NCBI RefSeq assembly: GCF_031292145.1
Contig: NZ_JARLHR010000120.1
Source: Clostridium sp.
GTDB lineage: Bacteria; Bacillota; Clostridia; Clostridiales; Clostridiaceae
Strand: one strand, 5' to 3'
Length of the DNA stretch: 64,000 nt
Position 1 is the first letter of the stretch; the number at the start of each line of letters is the position of its first letter. A model generated the notes under the pieces. The model was not told the DNA's origin. It made no database searches and saw only the letters and a program-made list of their open reading frames with translations. The translations under genes were made by a program, and so were the position numbers. Positions 18,548 through 27,970 of the stretch are shown here, piece by piece.

Positions 18548-19324
18548 TTAACTCACATCCATTTTTTTAAAACGCTTTTCAGCACGTTTTAATATTGTAA
18601 TTAAATATATAGCTGTAATTAGCAGATTTATAAAAACTAATAATACTGGATTAGATGCTTGCAAATATATCTTTTGATCAACCATATATGAAGGACTAAT
18701 ATATTTCAAATATGGAATATATGATAAAAGCTGTATTACTAAAAAGAATGCAACCGAAGATACACATACAATAAACGGCTTGAAGTATAACCCAAGTAAT
18801 ATGCAACCAGCAACAAAAATCAATATTTCTAAGCTATAAAAAAGCATTGAAATAAGTATTGTTGCGGTATCTAGAGAAAAGAAAATTTTCGATCCTATTT
18901 CAGAATTTGCAATAAAAATATAAAACACTAATATACTTATTAAATTGTAAGCAATAAAGTAAACAATAAATACTGCTGCTACTGCTAAGAATTTTGCATA
19001 CAAAAGCTTTTTTCTATTACATATATGAAGTAATTGCAATTTTATTTGGCCTGTTTCTATTTCGCTTGATACATTGTTTATAGATAGAAATAGAAATCCA
19101 AAAAAAGGCAAACCTAACAAAAACATTAAACACCACATTATGTTTACAAAATCCAAACATGTCATTAAAGTATTGTTGTTACTTGATACTTGTACAAAAG
19201 AAAATTTAAAATATATACTAATTCCGTAAAAAGCAGGAAGTATACATGTAGCAAATATAAAGTTTTTCATACTTCTTTTAGAAATTTTATACATTTCTAT
19301 ATTGATAATATTTAATAAACTCAT
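18548..19324 (-). CDS. ABC-2 type transporter permease (LanG/E-like)
   Basis: 258 aa with about 6 TM, adjacent to the ATPase. Confidence 0.65.
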   Translation of the reverse strand: MSLLNIINIEMYKISKRSMKNFIFATCILPAFYGISIYFKFSFVQVSSNNNTLMTCLDFVNIMWCLMFLLGLPFFGFLFLSINNVSSEIETGQIKLQLLHICNRKKLLYAKFLAVAAVFIVYFIAYNLISILVFYIFIANSEIGSKIFFSLDTATILISMLFYSLEILIFVAGCILLGLYFKPFIVCVSSVAFFLVIQLLSYIPYLKYISPSYMVDQKIYLQASNPVLLVFINLLITAIYLITILKRAEKRFKKMDVS

Positions 19325-19342
19325 ACTATACCCCCATATTAA

Positions 19343-20254
19343 TTAATTATTAATGAAAAACTGCATTAAAGAATCTTTCTGAACATCAATATCTTTAATC
19401 TTCAGATTGTTTCTTATGCAAAATTCTAATATTTCCGAAAGCAAATTGATATTATTGAATTTTATGCAACTATCTTTAATTGAAATTTCTTTTATTAAAT
19501 TTTTATCATTTTTTATCTTATTTATTATTTCATTATCTTGAATAGATCCATTTAAACATATGGTATAGAATTTATTACTGTTCAATTCACTGTATAACCC
19601 ATCATAAATTACTTTTTTATTTCCAATAACAAGTATTTTTTTACATAAGTCTTCCACTTCCTTTAGCTGGTGACTTGAAAATATAATTGATACCTTTTTT
19701 TCATTAGATAAATAGTGAATCTTTTCCTTTAACAGTTCTATACCAACTGGATCCAATCCAACAAATGGTTCATCTAAAATGAGTAGTTTAGGCTCTGAAA
19801 GTAACGACTGAACTAAACCTAGTCTTTGCTTCATTCCAAATGAAAAAGATTTAACCTTTTTATTATAAACATTCTCTAAATCTACAAATTTTAAAAGCTC
19901 CATTATCTTTTCTTTATATACAGCTTGTTTGACTTTTTTTATTCCCATCATTTGAATTTTTAAGTTATCATAGGCAGTCATATCCTCATAAAAACTGCAG
20001 TCTACAAGTGAACCTATACTATTCATAACATTTGGATCACTATGGTCTATTAATTTTTCTTCATAATAAATTTTCCCTGAAAAATCTTTATAAAGCCCCA
20101 AAATTGTTTTCATAAGTGTTGTTTTACCTGCTCCATTTTTACCAATAAGCCCTATAGTTTCTCCATATTTAATCGAAAAACTTATATTATCAAGTGCTAA
20201 AAATTCTCCAAATCTTTTTGTAACACCATCTACTGTTAATAGATTTTCACTCAT
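19343..20254 (-). CDS. ABC transporter ATP-binding protein (LanF-like)
   Basis: Walker A GKNGAGKTT, signature FSFGMKQRL, Walker B LLILDEP. Confidence 0.85.
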   Translation of the reverse strand: MSENLLTVDGVTKRFGEFLALDNISFSIKYGETIGLIGKNGAGKTTLMKTILGLYKDFSGKIYYEEKLIDHSDPNVMNSIGSLVDCSFYEDMTAYDNLKIQMMGIKKVKQAVYKEKIMELLKFVDLENVYNKKVKSFSFGMKQRLGLVQSLLSEPKLLILDEPFVGLDPVGIELLKEKIHYLSNEKKVSIIFSSHQLKEVEDLCKKILVIGNKKVIYDGLYSELNSNKFYTICLNGSIQDNEIINKIKNDKNLIKEISIKDSCIKFNNINLLSEILEFCIRNNLKIKDIDVQKDSLMQFFINN

Positions 20255-20266
20255 ATAAAACTCCTC

Positions 20267-21046
20267 CTAATAAACACCTAATGTACCATTTTTCTTTGTT
20301 TCATTATAAAAATATCTATATAAAATAATAGATAAAATAGCATATATTAAAGTATTAAGTATTGAAATTAATAAAATATTATTAAAATTAAAGGTAGCAG
20401 CTTTATTCAAAAATGATTGCATACAAGCTATTGTTCCACTAAAAGGCACTATCATATAAATTATTTTCTGTGTAACCTCTGTTAATGCTAAAAATGGTAA
20501 TCCAACCTCAATTATAAGAAGTATATTTAGAATATTAAAAATCGAGTCTAATTTTTTGAATCTAAGAAGTAACCCTACAAGGATCATTGATAATGATATA
20601 CCAGTAACAATTACAAGTACTAAGTTTGTAATCAAAAATAATACGCTTAAATTTACAGAACAAAATATACTATTTGCAATAAAAATCATCACAAACCATA
20701 TTGGAAGTGTAAATAATATACTGACTAATGTTCTTATAATTATTAATTCTGGAATAGAATAGCAGCTATTATAAATTTGTTCAAAGACTCCTATCTGAAT
20801 ATCTGTTCTAATACTTTGTGCTCCTACAATAACTACTGTTGTTATTATAGGTACTAACGAAAAGCTTAATATTTGCGATTTATCTCCAATTTTATTTATT
20901 CCAAACATAATTGCTGTAAATACAGTTATAAAAATTAATGTATTAAGAATAAATTCAAGTGGATATGCCATTGAATCTTTAAAATTTTTGTATACTTCTA
21001 TTTTTAAAAGCCTGAAATATCTTTTTAATATAATCATTACATTCAC
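20267..21046 (-). CDS. ABC-2 type transporter permease
   Basis: 259 aa with about 6 TM, between the rSAM gene and the ATPase. Confidence 0.65.
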   Translation of the reverse strand: MNVMIILKRYFRLLKIEVYKNFKDSMAYPLEFILNTLIFITVFTAIMFGINKIGDKSQILSFSLVPIITTVVIVGAQSIRTDIQIGVFEQIYNSCYSIPELIIIRTLVSILFTLPIWFVMIFIANSIFCSVNLSVLFLITNLVLVIVTGISLSMILVGLLLRFKKLDSIFNILNILLIIEVGLPFLALTEVTQKIIYMIVPFSGTIACMQSFLNKAATFNFNNILLISILNTLIYAILSIILYRYFYNETKKNGTLGVY

Positions 21047-21057
21047 ATTCCTTATAT

Positions 21058-22305
21058 TTAAGCAAGTTTAAGAATAGTTTTCATAAATTCATCAAAATAA
21101 ATTTTATTCATTTTACAATAACTATCTTTACAATCTACATTACCATTTGCAAAATAAGATCTTGCCCTACATCCACCTTTACATAAGTACATATATTCAC
21201 ACTCATTACATTCTTCTATATTTTCAACAGTTAGTCTCTGAAATTTTTTTGCAATTATATTATTATCCAGAATATCTTTTAAATTGCTTTCATCTAAATT
21301 TCCCATTTTAAATTTGGGGTCATGAAACATATGACATGGGTAAACAGACCCATCACTAGCAATACTTATATTATGTTTTCCTGCTCCACATGAATGGCCA
21401 ACATCAATAGAAAAATTTAATGGACTATCTTCAATTTGAATGCCATCTTCTTTTTGAAGTAAACATCTTACAATTTCATCAAAGTGTTCTTCTTTTAATA
21501 TATGTTCTTTAAACTCTTCATTGTTGCAGCTTAATATACTAAAGCTTATTCCAACACCTAGACTTTTAGATAATTTAATGTATTCATTTAACTTAGAATA
21601 GTTTTTACTATGAATTGTAGGGAGTATACTAACAGGTATTCCTGTTTCTTTTATAAGTTCTACTGTTGATACTACTTTTTCAAAAATGCCGTCATCTCTT
21701 ATAAATTTAGGATTATCTTTACTATATCCATCAATAGAAACTGCAATAGATGAGACGTATGCTTTTATACTTTCAAATAATTCTTTTTTATGTATAGTTC
21801 CATTTGTTATCATATCAATGGTTGGTATTTTCACTTCTTCCTTTGCATATCTTAATATTTCAACAATATCTTTTCTTAAAAGTGGTTCTCCTCCGGATAT
21901 AACAATCCTTTTTACACCTACACTACTTAATTCATTAAAATATTTTTTTATATTTTCATTAGATTTATCAAAACAATTGTTTCTTGTATTATCATATGAA
22001 TAACAACCTATACAATTTAAATTACATATATTAGTTACATGTAAGTATGCAGAATTAATTTCATATTCTTTTAACTTATAATCATCATTTAATAAAAAAT
22101 CATTTTCTTCTAAGGTCAATATAATCTCTCTTTGATTTTTGTCTAAATCATTTAAATTAATTTCACTGTTACTTTCTATTTTATTTATAATCTCATTTCC
22201 ATTTTCATTTAATCCCATAATCGATCCATTTGCAGTGTTTGCAATTAAAGTTATTCCTTTTATATTAAATTTTCTTACATCTTTTGAAAAAGCAAGTCTT
22301 TCCAT
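21058..22305 (-). CDS. radical SAM / SPASM-domain peptide maturase with N-terminal PqqD-like RRE
   Basis: CNLNCIGC (CX3CX2C) and GGEPLL. Full SPASM signature: CGAGKHNISIASDGSVYPC, then CNECEYMYLCKGGC, then CKDSYC. About 85 aa precede the core. Start moved to MERLAFS after GGAGGAG. Confidence 0.85.
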   Translation of the reverse strand: MERLAFSKDVRKFNIKGITLIANTANGSIMGLNENGNEIINKIESNSEINLNDLDKNQREIILTLEENDFLLNDDYKLKEYEINSAYLHVTNICNLNCIGCYSYDNTRNNCFDKSNENIKKYFNELSSVGVKRIVISGGEPLLRKDIVEILRYAKEEVKIPTIDMITNGTIHKKELFESIKAYVSSIAVSIDGYSKDNPKFIRDDGIFEKVVSTVELIKETGIPVSILPTIHSKNYSKLNEYIKLSKSLGVGISFSILSCNNEEFKEHILKEEHFDEIVRCLLQKEDGIQIEDSPLNFSIDVGHSCGAGKHNISIASDGSVYPCHMFHDPKFKMGNLDESNLKDILDNNIIAKKFQRLTVENIEECNECEYMYLCKGGCRARSYFANGNVDCKDSYCKMNKIYFDEFMKTILKLA

Positions 22306-22707
22306 TTTAATTTCTCCTCCACATAAATATATATCGATATATTGCAAATAAAAATTTGCATCTAATCAATTTGTTTTTAATACGTTTCAATCACTGCCTA
22401 AATAGTAACACAATCGCTCAATATTTTATCATTTAAGTAAAAAACAGATTGATATTTGTAATATATGTTCAAAAAAAAGCAACATTATACTTTTATTACT
22501 GATTTAATTACAAAAACAAAACTTATATATTTTTCTTACTATATTTAATGATTGATTTTTAATCTAGCTTTAATAATAAAAAACTTAGTGAAGCAATTAA
22601 TCTATGCTAAAAATTAGAACGTTTACCAAAAAATTGTTACATTCAAGATAATAACATCCTAATAAATCATTTATTACAAAATAAAGTACATAAATATCTT
22701 ATTTAAA

Positions 22708-22753
22708 ACAAAAAGTAGTTTGAAATATTAACTAATATTCAAACTACTTTTTG
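22708..22753 (-). terminator. rho-independent terminator after the LytTR regulator gene
   Basis: AAAAAGTAGTTTGAA..loop..TTCAAACTACTTTTT followed by GTTTT on the minus sense. Confidence 0.7.
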
Positions 22754-22797
22754 GGTACTATATGAAATTAAGCTAAAAACTCTTTAAATAAATAATT

Positions 22798-23523
22798 CTA
22801 TTTAAGCAATCCTCTAAGCAATCTAACGGCAACTAAGCATTCTTGTCCATTTATCATATAAATAACCCTATTATTTTTATCTATTTCTTTTATGTTATCT
22901 TTATTCACCAAAAATGATCTATGGCATCTATAGAAACGCTCATCAAGTTTCGCTTCAACATCTTTCAGCTTTGCATAAAATTCAATTTGCCTATCTACTG
23001 CATGAAGTATTACCTTATGTATAATGTTAGAAGTTTCAAAAAATAAAATCTTATTATATTCAATATTTATAATTTTATCTTCTGCTTTAATTGTAAAGTT
23101 TTTTTGCAGTCCTGTTGCTTTTGCTGAATACTTTTTATGAGCATTCAAAATGCATTCATGTATCCTTTCTTTTATAGTTTCAGGTTTATCCTTTATTATA
23201 TAATCCATTGCCTCAACCTTATATATAAAAGTCAAGTAACTCATTTCTGCATGAGTAGTTACAAAAACTATAAATCCCCTTGGATCATACTCTCTTATTG
23301 TTTCTGCAAGTTTTATGCCATTTAGCTCAGAATTTAAGTCTACATCCAAAAAGTACAATCCAGACATGTCATTATTCTCTAGATAATCTATAGTTTTTTC
23401 TGGACTTTCCGTAGACAACACAATTTTCATATCTAAATTTTCAATCATTATAATATCTTCAATAAGCTTTGTAATACTTTTTCTTTGAGATTCATTATCT
23501 TCACAAACTATTATACTTAGCAT
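22798..23523 (-). CDS. agrA: AgrA-like response regulator (receiver + LytTR DNA-binding domain)
   Basis: 241 aa with a CheY-like N-terminus (FLDVDL) and a LytTR-type C-terminus (FYRCHRSFLVN). Confidence 0.8.
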   Translation of the reverse strand: MLSIIVCEDNESQRKSITKLIEDIIMIENLDMKIVLSTESPEKTIDYLENNDMSGLYFLDVDLNSELNGIKLAETIREYDPRGFIVFVTTHAEMSYLTFIYKVEAMDYIIKDKPETIKERIHECILNAHKKYSAKATGLQKNFTIKAEDKIINIEYNKILFFETSNIIHKVILHAVDRQIEFYAKLKDVEAKLDERFYRCHRSFLVNKDNIKEIDKNNRVIYMINGQECLVAVRLLRGLLK

Positions 23524-23537
23524 TTTCTCATCTCCTC

Positions 23538-24863
23538 TTAGTTTAAGACATTAGTATTTGATATTTGTAAATTTTGAATAAATTCTTCATTTTGAATAGA
23601 TGTATCAATAGATATATTTTTATAATTATTTACAATTTCTTTTAAATTACTTAATCCAAGCCCCCTATTAGAACCCTTAGTTGAAAAACCGCTCTCAAAC
23701 ATCTTATAAATTGGAGGATTTTCTTTAAGACAAGAATTTATAATCAAAATAATTATAGAATTTTTCTTATTTATAATACCAATTTTTAAACTAGGAGATT
23801 CACATAAAAGTGCTGCATCAATTGCATTGTCTAAAAGAATTCCAATAATTCTACACAAATCTATAATATCTATATTTATAAATTCTACTGCTTCCATAAT
23901 ATCAATAAATACATTTACGCCTAATTCCTGTGCCCTGATAACTTTTGATGATAATACACCTTTTAATTCTGTAACTTTAATATGTTGAAGCAATTCCAAC
24001 TTATAATTTTTATTTGAAATCTCTTTGTTCATAAGCAATATTCTCTTATTGAAAAATTCATTCAGTCCATTTAAATCCTTTTGCTCAATATATCCTTTCA
24101 TTGAAGACAAAATATTTACATAATCATGCCTAAATTTTCTCATATCATTATACATACTCTCTAAATTAGAAGTGTATTCTTGTAAGTTATCAAATTCCAT
24201 CTTTTTAGTTTTAAAATCCATTTCCTTCTTTAAATTAATAACAAGAATATATGTCATTATAAGTGTGCAAAAGAAATATGATAAAAATAATACACTATCA
24301 ACATAAATAATAAGATTATCAACATTGGAAAATTTAATCAACATTGCATTTACATAAAATATTAAACTTGTTAATCCAATGTTGATTAAAATTAATAGCA
24401 CAAATTTATTTTTAAAATTGATTTCTTTTAAATTAAATCTTGATCGCTTTAATAAAAAAGCAATAAATGAACTAATTACAAAAGCAATAGAACATAATAC
24501 AAAATGCATACATATAAATACAATTTTGTTATTTAGAATCTGATGAGCATCTTGATTAAATATTTTTATAAAGATCGCACCTTGTATTGTATCTGATAGT
24601 ACAAAAATTATAATTGAAAAAATTATAGAAATAAAATTTTCAATAATTTTTTTGTTTTCCTTAAAAAGCAAAAGCATCATAACAATTAAAAATAAAGGTA
24701 TTCCAAGTATTTCAATTTTTACTGATATAATACCTGCTGTTAAATAAACGATTAAAAAATTTTTAATAAAATTTTTCTTCTTAAACTCTATTATTTTTAA
24801 ATTATAAGTTACAAAAACTAATGTAAACATAGATATTAATAAAGTAAATAGTTTTATAGCCAT
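23538..24863 (-). CDS. agrC: AgrC-like (HPK10) sensor histidine kinase
   Basis: 441 aa with 6-7 N-terminal TM segments, H-box KFRHDYVN, and GHKL N/G boxes (LLDNAIDA, GLGLSN). Confidence 0.8.
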   Translation of the reverse strand: MAIKLFTLLISMFTLVFVTYNLKIIEFKKKNFIKNFLIVYLTAGIISVKIEILGIPLFLIVMMLLLFKENKKIIENFISIIFSIIIFVLSDTIQGAIFIKIFNQDAHQILNNKIVFICMHFVLCSIAFVISSFIAFLLKRSRFNLKEINFKNKFVLLILINIGLTSLIFYVNAMLIKFSNVDNLIIYVDSVLFLSYFFCTLIMTYILVINLKKEMDFKTKKMEFDNLQEYTSNLESMYNDMRKFRHDYVNILSSMKGYIEQKDLNGLNEFFNKRILLMNKEISNKNYKLELLQHIKVTELKGVLSSKVIRAQELGVNVFIDIMEAVEFINIDIIDLCRIIGILLDNAIDAALLCESPSLKIGIINKKNSIIILIINSCLKENPPIYKMFESGFSTKGSNRGLGLSNLKEIVNNYKNISIDTSIQNEEFIQNLQISNTNVLN

Positions 24864-24977
24864 AAATCCTCCAAGTTATTTGTAAAATAATAAATTACAT
24901 GAAAAATAGGTAAATTTATTTACTATTTTATAATATTACCTATTATTTTACAATAAAAAAATAGGTTAGTAATTAAC

Positions 24978-25148
24978 CTATTCTTCATCTATCATTATTA
25001 GTTCCTCTGGAAATTTAGTTTCATAAAATCCTCCACACTCACAACATTTATCTGCAGATGATTCTGCAAGTTTTACTGATAATTCTCCAAGCTTATGTAA
25101 TGACACATCAATTAAATTTTCAACAAATGACTTTTTTATATCGTTCAT
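24978..25148 (-). CDS. agrD: AgrD-type autoinducing peptide precursor (56 aa)
   Basis: MNDIKKSFVENLIDVSLHKLGELSVKLAESSADKCCECGGFYETKFPEELIMIDEE. It has an amphipathic N-terminus, a Cys-containing core and a PEEL acidic tail. RBS GGAAGGAGA. Overlaps the agrB 3' end by 29 nt. Confidence 0.7.
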   Translation of the reverse strand: MNDIKKSFVENLIDVSLHKLGELSVKLAESSADKCCECGGFYETKFPEELIMIDEE

Positions 25149-25752
25149 AATTTTTATATCTCCTTCCAAATAATTTATATATAATTGGAGTTATAGTGAT
25201 TGATTCACACAATACTCCATAACTAATGCAAAATTTTAAAGCAGAATTATTTATACACAGTGCTAGAATCATTAAAATCCCAGCTGATAATAATGCCTTA
25301 ATTTTAAGTCTCTTTCTTAAATTCCTTCCTACTAATGGTCTTGCTTCTGTATCAGCTGGTGCATATAAATAGAGTAATAATGCTGTTCCAAAAAGCATAA
25401 GTAAAACTTTATCATTTGTTATAGCTAAAATTTTAGATATATATACTCCAGTAAAAAAACATATGGAAGTTGTAACTGTACAGCTTGTACTACTTTTAGC
25501 ATGCATTCCAAATGCATAACATCTTATAAAACTAAAGCTTAACATAATAAATAGAGTTTCTTTAAATATTCCTAAAATCTCAGCTATCACAAGAATCAAA
25601 ACTATTTTAGATAAATTAATAATCAATACTTCCAATCCATATTTCATTTTTTTAAATTTTAGTTCATCTATTTCAGCTTCATTGCTAATTTTATTTGCTA
25701 ACTTAAAAGCAATTCTCTCTGACAAATTTTTTTCAACTAAATCTCTCTCCAT
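25120..25752 (-). CDS. agrB: AgrB-type AIP-processing membrane endopeptidase
   Basis: 210 aa and polytopic. FGMHAKSSTSC places His and Cys 7 residues apart, as with the catalytic pair in characterised AgrB. Confidence 0.75.
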   Translation of the reverse strand: MERDLVEKNLSERIAFKLANKISNEAEIDELKFKKMKYGLEVLIINLSKIVLILVIAEILGIFKETLFIMLSFSFIRCYAFGMHAKSSTSCTVTTSICFFTGVYISKILAITNDKVLLMLFGTALLLYLYAPADTEARPLVGRNLRKRLKIKALLSAGILMILALCINNSALKFCISYGVLCESITITPIIYKLFGRRYKNYERYKKVIC

Positions 25753-25789
25753 ATTTATCCCTCGCTTCGATTAAATTTATATATCCTTT

Positions 25790-25820
25790 CTTAACTTATT
25801 GCATTCGCTTATGGAACTTA
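25790..25820 (-). promoter_or_regulatory. candidate LytTR (AgrA-like) direct-repeat boxes upstream of agrB
   Basis: Minus sense reads TAAGTTCCA-N13-TAAGTTAAG, 22 bp start to start. The proximal box resembles the AgrA consensus ACAGTTAAG. Confidence 0.3.
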
Positions 25821-25832
25821 TCGCTAGAAGTG

Positions 25833-25991
25833 TTATTTGCTTTTAATTTTCAAACAAATATATTGAAACCCTAAAATAACAAACATTCCTCCAAGGATAA
25901 TTCCTTTAATAAATAAATTTATTTGAATAAATATAGTCATTGTAAAAAAAAGTAAATTTAATATAATCAACAAGATTAAGTAATTTCTCAT
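25833..25991 (-). CDS. 52-aa hydrophobic small ORF upstream of agrB
   Basis: MRNYLILLIILNLLFFTMTIFIQINLFIKGIILGGMFVILGFQYICLKIKSK, with a weak RBS (AGAGG). Confidence 0.3.
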   Translation of the reverse strand: MRNYLILLIILNLLFFTMTIFIQINLFIKGIILGGMFVILGFQYICLKIKSK

Positions 25992-26189
25992 AAAACTACC
26001 TCTATACCTCTTAATGTTGGATATGTAAGGTATATGAATTTAGGTATTAATTTGTGTAAATTTATTATTTCTTAGATATCCATTAATCTTATTGTAATAC
26101 ATTAATTTATATATATCCATTTATTATAATAAATGACTTTCTTTTAGTAATAAACGTATGTAATATCTTGTCATTTACAAAAAAGGGAA

Positions 26190-26218
26190 ATAATGTTCAT
26201 TAAATTAATGAACATTAT
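26190..26218 (-). terminator. 29-bp perfect palindrome followed by a U-tract (minus sense)
   Basis: ATAATGTTCATTAA-A-TTAATGAACATTAT, then TTCCCTTTTTTG on the minus sense, about 250 nt downstream of the MFS gene stop. Confidence 0.4.
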
Positions 26219-26405
26219 AAGTCATAATCGATATACTAGATAGCAATTTTATAAAAGAAGTAAACAAAAATGTTTTTTATCAATATAAAAATATATATTT
26301 ATCGCAACATTTATATTATTATATAAAACTTATTATTCTAATCATACCTTATCTTTATTCATTAATTGATAAGTCACCATATTATTATTCACATACACTA
26401 TATTT

Positions 26406-26450
26406 AGGCATATTCAAAAATATAATAATTTTTTCAGTATACTCGGTTGC
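26406..26450. mobile_element. solo half-copy of the family-A element
   Basis: AGGCATATTCAAAAATATAATAA...TCAGTATACTC matches the left arm of copy A6. No matching right arm. Confidence 0.45.
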
Positions 26451-26471
26451 ACTTTGCATATATAGTCAAAC

Positions 26472-27644
26472 TTATCTTTTAGACCTTCCCGTCATTACAT
26501 TAGGTTTTGGAAGAACTTTAGCTGCAATTATAGAAAAAATTAATATAATTGAAAATCCAACTAAATACATAGTTGTATATCCAAATTTTACTTGAATAGC
26601 ACTAAACATCTGAGGATATATAAAACTTGCACCAGCAGAACCTATAACAGCTACTAAAGAATATGTTCCTGCAACTAACCTGTCTTCCACTACTTCTCTT
26701 ATGTATTTAAATAAAAATGTTAAGTAACATCCATACATTAATCCATGTAATTGGTCTCCTAAAACAATTAATGGAACATATCCTGTTGAAAATAATAATA
26801 TTCTTGTAGCTCCAATAATAAATGATATAATTAAATATTTTTTAGGATTCTTATTTTGCAAAAATCTTCCCACAAGCATAAAAGACATAAACTCAACAAA
26901 AACCCGAAAAAAAATAGATTTACTATATATAGAATTAGCTAAATCGGCACTTCCAGTTATATCTATTAAATAGGTTGAATATGCAAATTCTATTGAATTA
27001 TAAATTCCAACTATTAAAATGCTAGTAAAAGCTAAAATTATTGAATTTTTATTCTTTAATATATCTATTAGTTTTATTGCTTCTTTTTCTTTTTTTGACT
27101 CAATATTTTTAAAATTCAATGCTATCATAAGTATTACAATACTTGCCATTACAATTCCCATAATATAAATAGTTTTGAATCCAAACTTTGAGATTATAAT
27201 TCCACTTAAAAGTACTACACATCCAAAGCCTATAGAACCCCATTTTCTTATTTGTGAATACTCCATCCTTTGCTTAACAGCTAAACCTTCTACATATACC
27301 TCGTATATGGTTCCAACTGTTTGTACAATAATCCCATATAAAATTGCAAAAAAGTATATTATGAATTTGCTTGCAAATATAAAAAGCAACATCATAAAAA
27401 TCAGTGCACACAAATGGATCATAACAAATTTCTTTTTATTATAACTTATTGAAAACCTACTTACTAAAAGCTGTTGTGAAAAAATTGCAAATAACGCTCC
27501 TATAGATACTACTCTTCCTACCTCACTTAAGGATAATCCAACTACTTGATTTAAATATGGTACATAAAATGTTGTTACTATGCTAATTATTCCATAAGTG
27601 ATATATGTAGTTAAAGAATAATAAAATTTTGTTTTTTCTTTCAT
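26472..27644 (-). CDS. MFS transporter
   Basis: 390 aa with about 12 TM segments. Confidence 0.7.
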   Translation of the reverse strand: MKEKTKFYYSLTTYITYGIISIVTTFYVPYLNQVVGLSLSEVGRVVSIGALFAIFSQQLLVSRFSISYNKKKFVMIHLCALIFMMLLFIFASKFIIYFFAILYGIIVQTVGTIYEVYVEGLAVKQRMEYSQIRKWGSIGFGCVVLLSGIIISKFGFKTIYIMGIVMASIVILMIALNFKNIESKKEKEAIKLIDILKNKNSIILAFTSILIVGIYNSIEFAYSTYLIDITGSADLANSIYSKSIFFRVFVEFMSFMLVGRFLQNKNPKKYLIISFIIGATRILLFSTGYVPLIVLGDQLHGLMYGCYLTFLFKYIREVVEDRLVAGTYSLVAVIGSAGASFIYPQMFSAIQVKFGYTTMYLVGFSIILIFSIIAAKVLPKPNVMTGRSKR

Positions 27645-27661
27645 AAATAATACTCCAATCT

Positions 27662-27738
27662 AAGACACATAAGAGAAAATAACAAGTAAATTATATTTAA
27701 TGAACTAATATGCAAACTTATTATTTTCTGAAATATAT
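27662..27738. mobile_element. degenerate short family-A element, copy A4
   Basis: AGACACATAAGAGAAAATAACAAGT...ACTTATTATTTTCTGAAATATATC. The right terminus is eroded. Confidence 0.5.
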
Positions 27739-27874
27739 CAAATCTATATTACTTTTTTATCATATTTTCTAATTTATATCTTAACCTATGTTCCGTCAAG
27801 ATTTTAAAATCTGCTTTCTAAGTTTCAAATCTTACAAGTTTTCATAATTACTTCAAAGTAAATTGCTATTCTAG

Positions 27875-27930
27875 AAATAAGTAACACATTGTGTGGAGTG
27901 TTTCATAGGAACACAATCTGTTACTTATTT
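27875..27930. repeat. family-B hairpin element, short copy B1
   Basis: AAATAAGTAACACATTGTGT..loop..ACACAATCTGTTACTTATTT. Same termini as 57878-58061. Confidence 0.7.
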
Positions 27931-27970
27931 AGGTTAGCCATCTCATAAGCATATGCTTAAATTGGGATAT

